Positions 1 through 11,096 of a stretch of 64,000 nt of DNA are shown here, piece after piece. The notes beneath the pieces were generated by a model. It searched no databases. It worked only from the letters and a program-made list of their open reading frames with translations, and was not told the origin of the DNA. This DNA is from Macrostomum hystrix (Eukaryota > Animalia > Platyhelminthes), in contig CATNEN010000001.1 of assembly GCA_950097015.1 (NCBI GenBank), forward strand, positions 11,098,001 through 11,162,000, in the 5' to 3' direction. A program made the translations under genes and the position numbers. Position 1 is the first letter of the stretch. Every line of letters starts with the position of its first letter.

Positions 1-145
1 CCACATAAGTTTGAACAGACTTGCAGGTATGGAGATGTCGAAATGACAGACAGAGTAATTAAAAAATTAGCACGATCAACTTCACTTGGAGACTAGCATA
101 ACGTTAGCTGCAGAGTTGGTATTTGTAATTGTAATTTCTATCAAG

Positions 146-254
146 TGGACAATACGATTCAGATAGTAGTGGGAAAAAAAGAAAGTGGGACCCGCGGCTA
201 CTTGATGAGACTGTTGCCAAGCGATTAAAACCTTGTTTAAAAAAGAGCAGCTAA
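146..254 (+). CDS. Possible terminal exon of a plus-strand gene lying mostly upstream of the window
   Basis: Acceptor-like TTTCTATCAAG at 135-145. The open frame reads GQYDSDSSGKKRKWDPRLLDETVAKRLKPCLKKSS* (stop 252-254) and has NLS-like basic clusters. No recognisable domain. Confidence 0.3.
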
Positions 255-1259
255 TTGCTGGAAGCATGGCTTACAGGGTGACTGCGCTCTTAACATTTTT
301 TCTTCCTCATTTATAAAAACATCCGATATTTCTTAACTTTCCTCTGATTTTCCAGACCCGAATCTTTGTACTCGTATATTTCTTGATACATGGATTAGAT
401 CATGTATTGCAGATAAAGTTTTACGTTTCACTAGTTTCACTATACACGCAACTTGAGCAAGTGAATATTATTGTACTGAGTGGTTGATTTTAATCATTCC
501 TAACTTTCATATTTTCTATATTTCATCGCACAAATAAATAAACTCACTATAATCGTATAGTGAGTTATATGAGTTATATATATATATACTTGTTATATAT
601 TTTGTCCCTTTCTTAAGAACAGAAAATCAGCGACTCTTTTTGAGTGCGCTAATACTGCTGCTAATTAAAACCGTGTATTGGTATTAGTTGCTTCTTGCAG
701 CAGGACAATTAATACCATGTACTTCGTGACGTTTGTCGTTAACATTTCAGAAACTTGCAGCTTTTAAATGATTGTCATAGACTGTCTCGAAGATTATACG
801 AGATTATGCTGCTCGTACTGCGCAAATGCAAAATTAAAAAAGCGGTAGCCAGCTCTCCTCACTCGACATAGATACATGCATGCGTAGAAAGCACACAAGC
901 GATTAGTTATCCTCTTTTGATAATAGAAGACATAATACGGAAGACATTAAATCTCGGCTTGATGTTAATTTTAAATATTAATGTAAAACATTAAATAATT
1001 TCGCTTTCAGCGTATAAACTAGAATTTTTTCTTGGCAGCTCTGTTCAATAATTTTTATAATAGGTTAGCTTTTACAGGATGTTGAGTTTATTTAAAAATA
1101 AAATGTATTTATAATAACATAATGCCTTCAATCGAGTGGGAAAACAAAAAACTGGGTGTAGCAGAGTTTTAAAATGTTATACGTTCAAGACCGGGCTAAA
1201 GGATCAGAAGCTTAACAAAGTTTTAAAAAATAATATCTGATTTCAGAATATCATGATTC

Positions 1260-4200
1260 TTAATCATCCTCGGCATCAGAGGTCTCGGTATCTTCTTCAT
1301 CATCGGAAGACTCGGTAATCTCAGCTTCTTGGTCGATCAGATCCACCTCATCGGGTGGCACTGCTCCAGCGTTACCTAAGTGTTAAGAATTCGCTATATA
1401 TATTCTGTGATCTTAAAAGTAACCTAAATTATAAAACCGAAACTATACCACAAAGCTTACAGGCCGCTGAGAGAAATCGAGAGAAGATATCTTCCGACGG
1501 GAAAATACTGATATGCTGTTTTAAAAGTTGTTCAATTCCATTGGCCCTGAGAACTCTTAAAGTCAGCAGGGGACGATGAGCATTGATCTCAACTTCTGAT
1601 CTCGTGCGCAGGAGTGCATCAACAAAAAAGCGAGATGCCCGCCGAACCTCCTCTTGAACCAAAGAAGATTCCTCTTCGATTCTTCTTTGAAGCTGCAGCA
1701 ACTTAACTGCTTGACGTTTCCTTGCGATATCCACCATTGAAGTGTCACCATTATCAGTTGCCAGAATGCTGTTGAAATTCAAAGTACAGCCTGGCGGACA
1801 ACTTGCGTTGTACCGTTCAAGAAGTACATTAGCCCTTGCAGATATTTTGCTGAGTCGTTTGTTAAGGACTCGATTGAGCTTTTGACCACTTTCTCTAGCT
1901 GCCCGACAAATTAAAAATTCTCGCTCGCAAGCCAACTCTTGAAGTTCGAGAATCGTCTGGTCTGTGTGGTCCGTCCTGGCATTCTCCTTAACAGATTGCT
2001 CGATAAGTTCATTTTCCCAGACTTTGGCCAACGCTAGGAAGGTTTCAACGTCACCTAAAAATTAAATAACAGGGATTAATTTTGTCAGATTAATAACGTA
2101 TTCTAATTAGTAAAGTGCGGTCAGAAAGCCCGAGGCTTTTAAGTCATATTTCAAGGTTGTGCTTTGATTAAATTGCGCCTTTGCTTTAATTATGAACTTC
2201 AATTACGCAAATTTATATCTAATTGGTTTTAAAATTTTTAATTATTACATAAAAACGTATACTAATAACCCACAGTTCATTTCGGTCAAAACGCAAAACT
2301 GTCGAACATCAGAATTGAAACGCTGCCAAGCTCGCTTCTCAACAAGCCGTCGTCCAAACAACCAGGAGCCTAAGTAATTTTAAAGTAAACATCTTGCTTC
2401 GGAAAATATAAAGTTCACTTCCTTGCAATAAAAAACTGTAAGTAAATGACTCACTAATAGTTCGAATTTTCTCGAAGTTGACCGAATCCGCCCAGTAGTT
2501 CAGGAACTCGCGGCGATTTGGATGAGTCATTTCTTTCAATTGCGGACCAAAGCGTCTAGCAGAAGACCATATGCGCTCACAGCTCTCACCGTCAGTCAAA
2601 CCTGCGCCATTTACGGATCGAATTCCGAATTTCGTATGGCAGCTTTCCTTGTGACCGTATGCATGGAAAGCCGGAATGGCGAAGGACAGCCTGTCATCAT
2701 TGAAATGACTGGCCAGCTTGCAGCTGATGTCGTACGACACGACCAATTTCTGATGGCTCGGAATGTCTGCCAACGCTTTCGATACCATTGCTTGGGAATA
2801 CGCGAGCCTAAATTGAGGCAGGTTTTCAACTACATTGTAATTAGTTTTTAATGAGTTAAAATTAACTAAGTATTATTTTTAAGAAGGGGTTGTAGACTAG
2901 TGGTTAGAGCGTCGGACTCACGACTTGAAGGTCGGGGGTTCGATTCCCGACTCCACCGGTACAAGTTGTTTCCTTTAGCAAGCCATTTAATTCTGCCCTG
3001 CTTCAGTTCATCCAGCTGTAAAATCGGTACCAGCATTAGCTGGGGTAATTGAAGGTGGGTGTGGTGGTCCTTAATTCCGTGGACTAAACAGCCCTACGCA
3101 GCCTTCAGATGCGGCTGCGCTGTTAGCTGCACATCTGGCCCAGTTTGTGCAGGCATTATTAACTATGTATTCTTATTTTAATTAATACTAACATATTAAT
3201 TATTATTTTTTCTGAAGAGAAAAAAACGAAAAGAAAGGAAGAAAAAGAAGAAATAAAAGATGAAATCAGAAAGGAGGATTGTACAAGATATTCGTGCATA
3301 CCGGGCAAGATATTCGGATTATTAATTTTGAGTATACAGTCGCCAGGCTACAAGTTTAGACCTTAAAATTATAGAGTTAGGCAGGGCGCAAAAGCTTAGT
3401 AATGATACATAACGAATGAGCTTAAATACGTTCGTAGCTGCAACATGTATAAAAGGTACACAGATTTCTCTGTGGCAAGGCGCACCTTTCTCCTGGTGTA
3501 ACGATGTCGGCCAGATATGTTACGCTAGAATGGCGGCAGGAGCCACAGAAAAGGCCAAAAACATCGAGTTTGTTTTTGTCGGATGCAGTAACGAGCCCTT
3601 TGCCCCGACCACCGGCTGTCCAATTAGGGCAGTGATTTCGGTTTTGCCCAGCTGGTCTGCTGAAATCGACATCGACGAAAAAACCGGACGCAAGCGGAAT
3701 CGCCGCTTTTCCAGCACGTTTTCGATGTCTTATGCCGAAGCAGCCGTCCAGCATAAGAAAAGTCGGTGTCGAGACTTGAGTTTCGGGCATCAGCGTGTTA
3801 TCATCGGGATTGGGTCCTTGCGAGCTTTCACTTCGAGTGCTCGGAGTGGGATCCTAATCATTAAAGGAATCAAAATAACTTATTTACGCTTGAAAGCCGA
3901 TGTACGAACACTTGCTTTGAGCTTAAGATGGCAGAAATAGTTTCACGTCACTGACGAAATGCATTACCAACTTACAAAAAAACATGCTGGACACGATGTC
4001 TTCTGTCCCCACCGAATGTCTTGCAAAAGTCGCCGAAATGCTCGAAAGCTTCCAGTGGTGTTCAATGTACGAAAAAGATTGATCTGCGCAATCGTTACAG
4101 CAAAAATGGAATAAAGACGGCTAATTTTTGTACAGAAGGAAGTTTCAGTTTTATTTACGATAGCTAGATCTGCTCGAGCCTTCAGTTACCTTCGTTGGCG

Positions 4201-5918
4201 GAGATAGCCAAGCGGAGCTTCTGCAATTTTTCCATGCAGCACAGAGTGATGATAACGATGCTGTACAACTTGATGATACGCAATCGAAGAACAGCAACAA
4301 GTTGATGTGGACAGCGATAACCTCCTTGACAGTTTCGGTCAGAGGTTGCGTCGGCCAGAAGCCATGCGACAGTAGCGTGTTCCGCAATGTTAAGCACGAG
4401 CAAGACTCCACTTGCAGGGTCAATTGACCTACAATGTTGGCAAGGGCATCAATATTTAGACAGAAGTCTTAAGAATAGCGTTAACAAATACTTAAAAATG
4501 GCCTAATTGTCTATCTGACATCAACTGTCACTTTACCTTCATCTGTTAATGCAGTCACAACTTGCGTGCTGATATCATCGCAGACACAAGTGGTTCTTCG
4601 AACCAAAAGTATTGGCGTCGAGACCACCATGTAAGTTGTACCCTGAAAAGAACATGAAGAAATCGAAATAAAGGATGGGTCGCATTATTAAGCTTGAAGT
4701 GCAAGTTTGATCTTAATTGCAATCTCGGCTCTGTAAAATGCAATCCTTAAGTTTGACTTAGGGATACGCTAGCTTTATATAACGTGCCGAGAAATCAGTA
4801 ACGTGACATTATGAAAACGCTAAATATAAAAAACAGCAAAACAGCACAGAACTTACATCCCATATCTTCACAACATGGGGTGGACTGTGTGAGTGAGCGA
4901 TATTGAGACAGTGCTCACACACTTGTAGTAGGTGACAGCTCTCGCACCTAAACTCTCCAACCAAAGCTTTACAAAGCGAGCACAGGTTATTTACTTCATT
5001 TCGAAAAAACGAGGCAAATCCATCTGCCAGCTCTGTGGCTAGACTTTTCCAGCCGTCCTCCTCAAGCTCACGCCGAGTGTCATATCGACTTGGCCCACCA
5101 TCGGCCTCTTCTGCAGGTGGCTCATAGTCATCATGATCCACATTTTCATCGATGTAGTCACTGCCAACAGCCGCAACAGTGACGCCAGTAACAGTCAGAA
5201 AACTAAAATTGCGTCGAAGAAGCTTAATAAACAAAAAACTTTACACATTGCAAAGGTTCTTGCTGAGAAAAAATCGCATGCAAAGATTTCAGATCAAGGC
5301 TGACAAGTTTCGTTTTTGTTCTGCAAAAGAAACAAGCCTTAAAACGCTATCCGATTTTTGGGCTATCTATACAGTACAAGCCTATACTGCATTTGCCAAG
5401 TTTACAGCAAATTAGCAAGACTAAAACTAAACTAAGCTATTAAAAATTACCACAAATTCCATATAAAAAGTTTTTATATGAATATCTGGGGAATCTCAAA
5501 AACTTCTAAGAATTCTTCTGGTTCAAAATCGTCGCCTTCCTCGATAGCACTAGGCGTGGGTGCATTTATTGACTTCATGTCAATATCGCTAAAATTGTGG
5601 AGGAATTAAATTACTTTATTCAATTGAATTCTAAACAATACATTATTTTAGTCAAGAGTAGTAAGATGAGCACAACAGATAAATTCATTTAAAAATTACT
5701 CATTCGACTAAATCCTGTGTTTTGATAAACTAAATATTTGATAACGAAATAAAAGAGTTTTCATCTCTTCGAGATGAAAAATGTAAAAACACGAAATTTC
5801 TAAGACTCAAAACAAACCTTTTTACTGCAGGATGTTCGATTTTTTCACGAACTTTTCTTCGCTTTGGCGCATGAAATATGACTTCCTTACTGGTACTGAC
5901 TAGATATTTTTTTGACAT
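1260..5918 (-). CDS. KDZ (Kyakuja-Dileera-Zisupton) transposase with N-terminal CxC-type Cys/His domain, multi-exon
   Basis: Spliced translation gives CSLC..FRCESC..VCEHCLNIAHSHSPPHVVKIWD|GTTY, then VESCSC..LLSHGFWPTQP, SCPACFF, LMLDGCF, GLFCGSCRH..PGER|LAY, VSYDISC, FAIPAFHAYGH...C, GAGLTDGESCERIWS, a helical tail and an acidic C-terminus (stop about 1260). Phase-consistent GT-AG exons at approximately 5160-4857, 4642-4537, 4428-4191, 4083-3976, 3853-3486, 2807-2455, 2369-2273 and 2054 onward. The start (MSKKY at 5918) and the last junction are less certain. Confidence 0.88.
2886..3160 (+). mobile_element. tRNA-derived SINE with CORE-like central domain (family A), in a KDZ intron
   Basis: tRNA-like head with A box (TAGACTAGTGG) and B box (GGTTCGATTCC). 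The middle segment CCTTTAGCAAGCCATTTAA...CTTCAGTTCATCCAGCTGTAAAATCGG resembles the CORE consensus. It ends in a 3' stem-loop CGCAGCC...GGCTGCG and an ATT-rich tail. Confidence 0.75.
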
Positions 5919-6084
5919 TGCAATTAATCTGAAAAGCAGTGTAAAGTGATGTAAATAAACGTTCAAATAGACAATCAATATTACTATCGAAATCATTTTA
6001 TAGTATTTAATAATTAGTAAGTAATAGTAATTGGTAATGTAAGGAACTAAATTACTCCTGCCTCCACATTCCCGTATCCCATAT

Positions 6085-9000
6085 CCAGCCAGAAACAGCT
6101 AGCGCCACCAGCTAGCACTACCAGCTAGCCCTACCAGCTATCTCCTAACCGCTCTATTATCTAGCCCCGTCCTAGCAACCATCCAGCCCTACAAGCTAGC
6201 CCCTACCAGCCCTACAAGCTAGCCCGCACCAGCCCTACAAGCTAGCCCGCACCAGCCCTACAAGCTAGCCCGCACCAGCCCTACAAGCTAGCCCGCACCA
6301 GCCCTACAAGCTAGCCCGCACCAGCCCTACAAGCTAGCCCGCACCAGCCCTACAAGCTAGCCCCTACCAGCCCTACAAGCTAGCCCATACCAGCCCTACA
6401 AGCTAGCCCGCACCAGCCCAACCAGCTCAACCAGCTAGCCCCTACTAACTAGCCCTACCAGCTATCACCTAACAGCTCTACTATCTAGCCCCTACCAGCT
6501 ATCCCATACTAACTAGCCCTACCAGCTATCCCCTACTAACTAGCCCTACCAGCTATCCCCTACTAACTAGCCCTACCAGCTATCCCCTACTAACTAGCCC
6601 CTGCCCCAACAAGCCCTACCATCTAGCCCCAACCAGCCTGCCAGCTAGCCCCAACCCCAACCTGCCCTGCCAGCCCTACAAGCTAGCTCCAACCAACCCC
6701 ACTAGCTTGCCTCTACCAGCCCCTATCAGCTAGCCCCTACTAGCTAGCCTTACCAGCTATCCCCTAACAGCTCTATTATCTTTTCTAGCCCCTACCAGCT
6801 AGCCTCAAACTCTATTATTTTTATTCTAGCCACTACCAGTTATCCCCTAACAGCTCTACTATCTAGCCCCTACTAGCTATCCCCTAACAGCTCTACTATC
6901 TAGCCCCTAGGCTACCAGTTATCCCCTAACAGCTCTACCATCTAGCCCCTACCAGCCTGCCCCTACTAGCTAGCCCTACCAGCTATCCCCTAACTCTATT
7001 ATCTAGGCCTATGCTAGCCACTACCAGTTATCCCCTAACAGCTCTACCATCTAGCCCCTACTAGCTAGCCCTACCAACTATGCTATCCCCTAACTCTATT
7101 ATCTAGGCCTATGCTAGCCACTACCAGTTATCCCCTAACAGCTCTACTATCTAGCCCCTACTAGCTATCCCCTAACAGCTCTACTATCTAGCCCCTAGGC
7201 TACCAGTTATCCCCTAACAGCTCTACCATCTAGCCCCTACCAGCCTGCCCCTACTGGCTAGCTAGCCCTACCAGTTATCCCCTAACTCTATTATCTAGGC
7301 CTATGCTAGCTGCTACCAGCTATCCCCTAACAGCTCTACCATCTAGCCCCTACTAGCTAGCCCTACCAACTATGCTATTCCCTAACTCTATTATCTAGGC
7401 CTATGCTAGCCACTACCAGTTATCCCCTAACAGCTCTACCATCTAGCCCCTACCAGCCTGCCCCTACTAGCTAGCCTTACCAACTATGCTATCCCCTAAC
7501 TCTATTATCTAGGCCTATGCTAGCCACTACCAGTTATCCCCTAACAGCTCTACTATCTAGCCCCTACTAGCTATCCCCTAACAGCTCTACTATCTAGCCC
7601 CTAGGCTACCAGTTATCCCCTAACAGCTCTACCATCTAGCCCCTACCAGCCTGCCCCTACTAGCTAGCCCTACCAGCTATCCCCTAACTCTATTATCTAG
7701 GCCTATGCTAGCTGCTACCAGCTATCCCCTAACAGCTCTACCATCTAGCCCCTACCAGCCTGCCCCTACTAGCTAGCCTTACCAACTATGCTATCCCCTA
7801 ACTCTATTATCTAGGCCTATGCTAGCCACTACCAGTTATCCCCTAACAGATCTACTATCTAGCCCCTACTAGCTATCCCCTAACAGCTCTACTATCTAGC
7901 CCCTAGGCTACCAGTTATCCCCTAACAGCTCTACCATCTAGCCCCTACCAGCCTGCCCCTACTAGCTAGCCCTACCAGCTATCCCCTAACTCTATTATCT
8001 AGGCCTATGCTAGCTGCTACCAGCTATCCCCTAACAGCTCTACCATCTAGCCCCTACTAGCTATCCCTACCAACTATGCTATTCCCTAACTCTATTATCT
8101 AGGCCTATGCTAGCCACTACCAGTTATCCCCTAACAGCTCTACCATCTAGCCCCTACCAGCCTGCCCCTACTAGCTAGCCCTACCAACTATGCTATCCCC
8201 TAACTCTATTATCTAGGCCTATGCTAGCCACTACCAGTTATCCCCTAACAGCTCTACTATCTAGCCCCTACTAGCTATCCCCTAACAGCTCTACTATCTA
8301 GCCCCTAGGCTACCAGTTATCCCCTAACAGCTCTACCATCTAGCCCCTACCAGCCTGCCCCTACTGGCTAGCTAGCCCTACCAGTTATCCCCTAACTCTA
8401 TTATCTAGGCCTATGCTAGCTGCTACCAGCTATCCCCTAACAGCTCTACCATCTAGCCCCTACTAGCTAGCCCTACCAACTATGCTATTCCCTAACTCTA
8501 TTATCTAGGCCTATGCTAGCCACTACCAGTTATCCCCTAACAGCTCTACCATCTAGCCCCTACCAGCCTGCCCCTACTAGCTAGCCTTACCAACTATGCT
8601 ATCCCCTAACTCTATTATCTAGGCCTATGCTAGCCACTACCAGTTATCCCCTAACAGCTCTACTATCTAGCCCCTACTAGCTATCCCCTAACAGCTCTAC
8701 TATCTAGCCCCTAGGCTACCAGTTATCCCCTAACAGCTCTACCATCTAGCCCCTACCAGCCTGCCCCTACTAGCTAGCCCTACCAGCTATCCCCTAACTC
8801 TATTATCTAGGCCTATGCTAGCTGCTACCAGCTATCCCCTAACAGCTCTACCATCTAGCCCCTACCAGCCTGCCCCTACTAGCTAGCCTTACCAACTATG
8901 CTATCCCCTAACTCTATTATCTAGGCCTATGCTAGCCACTACCAGTTATCCCCTAACAGATCTACTATCTAGCCCCTACTAGCTATCCCCTAACAGCTCT

Positions 9001-9485
9001 ACTATCTAGCCCCTAGGCTACCAGTTATCCCCTAACAGCTCTACCATCTAGCCCCTACCAGCCTGCCCCTACTAGCTAGCCCTACCAGCTATCCCCTAAC
9101 TCTATTATCTAGGCCTATGCTAGCTGCTACCAGCTATCCCCTAACAGCTCTACCATCTAGCCCCTACTAGCTATCCCTACCAACTATGCTATTCCCTAAC
9201 TCTATTATCTAGGCCTATGCTAGCCACTACCAGTTATCCCCTAACAGCTCTACCATCTAGCCCCTACCAGCCTGCCCCTACTAGCTAGCCTTACCAACTA
9301 TGCTATCCCCTAACTCTATTATCTAGGCCTATGCTAGCCACTACCAGTTATCCCCTAACAGCTCTACTATCTAGCCCCTACTAGCTATCCCCTAACAGCT
9401 CTACCATCTAGCCCCTACCAGCCTGCCCCTACTAGCTAGCCCTACCAGCTAGCCTACTACAAGCTCTACTATCTAGCCCCTGCCT
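6085..9485. repeat. Composite C-rich tandem array of CTAG/CCCCTA/CCAGC modules with a 1110-bp higher-order duplication
   Basis: Recurrent CTAGCCCCTAC, TATCCCCTAACAGCTCTA and TATTATCTAGGCCTATG modules. The rare variants CTACTGGCTA (7251, 8361) and CCCTAACAGATC (7841, 8951) both recur at 1110-bp spacing. Confidence 0.95.
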
Positions 9486-10352
9486 ATTTATTGCCTTAGA
9501 CAGGCAGGCTATATTAGCTTATGAAATGGACTGTATATATAGATTATAGAGCTATGGACATTTGATTTTATATTTAATAAATTATATGTAAAAGCCTTGG
9601 TTACTTATGCATATAGACATTGCAATGGCATTGGAATAATTTATGGTTATTTATTTAAGCCTTTGACTATAGCTATAAGCCTAGTATGTGATAGTAAGCT
9701 AGCTGAATTATTCATTTACAAGTCAATACATAGAAGTAATTATAAATTTAGGGGATCAGGTACATCAACAATTTAAATTGGGCCTAAATCCAAAAAGAAA
9801 GCTAATAGGCCTAGCTAATATTAGGCCTAATATTAATACTTGCCCATTTAAGACAGCTAGAAATACAATTTTAGTTCAAATAATACTATACAGGCATGCA
9901 GCTAAACTAGTTCTAGCCTTTTTATTAACTAACTGACAGTTTTGTTCAAGCCAATTATCGATTCTATTGTGCACCATTGGACCACTAAATAGATATCATA
10001 AAGGATTACAATAATGCAGTAGAGAGCTTCTCTTCTATCTTGAATTGTCAAGAGTCTTTTTGGCATTTAGAATAGATTCTCACATTTAAATACTGTACAA
10101 ATTAAAATAGTACTACTAAAAATACATTTATATATAGCTAATTGCTATATAACTACTTGCTATATAACTAATACTAAGCGTCTATTTCTGCAGTGTAGCG
10201 TAGATCCTCCCTATTAAATTGGACTATCGAGCCTAATTAAACTGAAAGAGCATGCTCTTAGAACACGGAGCATGCGCCGAGTAGCCTATGATGCGCTCCT
10301 CGTGCATGCTCCGAAATCGTTTCTTAGGCTGACTACCGTGTCAACACGGGTG

Positions 10353-10503
10353 GTTTAAATCTAATGGACTTAACATACATTATAACCAAGTTTAACGTAA
10401 GCATATTATAAAACTAGGTGCTATACGTACAGTGATCCGTTAATGGCAGATAAATTAAATTAATCAGCGCACCATTTTGAGGGAAAAGGGCAATAATGTT
10501 ACA
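10353..10503 (-). repeat. 3' LTR, partial (151 bp), preceded by a polypurine tract
   Basis: 149/151 identical to 15882-16032. PPT GGGGAGGGCAA lies on the minus strand at about 10505-10515. Confidence 0.92.
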
Positions 10504-11096
10504 ATTGCCCTCCCCAGAAGGGAAGCCAATGCCCTCATTGGGCGAATCGAACCAAGCGACAAAAGCAAAAACGCAAATTGAGGAAACAAAGACAATTGTT
10601 TGTCCCAGAAAATGGTCTGCAGGCCTCACAAGAAAGTTAGAAAAAACGTACTTTAGAATTATACGTAGCTACCATTTTGCTTACATATATTTTACGCTCG
10701 TAAAACACGGAAACAATTATTAATTTTTACACATAACTAAATGATCCAAAATGCAAGATGAGAATTGGCCTTAAAATGTCTGATATTTTTGGGATAAAAT
10801 ATTTGATGGCAGCATTGGGATTGGGAAAATATTGAAAATAGAACGACACACTGCTGCAATAAACCAAAGTAGGGCATTTAATAAAATCTGACAAACAATG
10901 TGAGTATAGTACAACTCAAAAAAAGATCACTTAATTTCAATGCTCATAAAACGCCACAAAATGCAAAAAGCAACACGGAATTTGTTAACTGGCAAACCAT
11001 AGAAATACCGAGCACCACATCCGCCACACCCGCCTGAGGCGCGGGACCAAAATTACGGCAACCAAGTTAGCCAACACAATTTCACCAGCCTTTCAC

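Noticed and set aside
2886-2958. Functional tRNA gene
   Set aside because: The acceptor stem pairs, but the anticodon and T stems are defective and the sequence continues into a SINE body.
6770-9400. Telomeric repeat
   Set aside because: CCCTAA occurs only as single words inside longer units, never in tandem.
10189-10200. TGTAGCG at 10194 as the true end of the 3' LTR
   Set aside because: The sequence from 10194 to 10352 does not match the 5' LTR, and the flanks TGCAG and GTACG do not form a target-site duplication.
10504-11096. env-like third ORF in the Gypsy element
   Set aside because: Only short ORFs without recognisable features are present. It reads as a 3' untranslated region.
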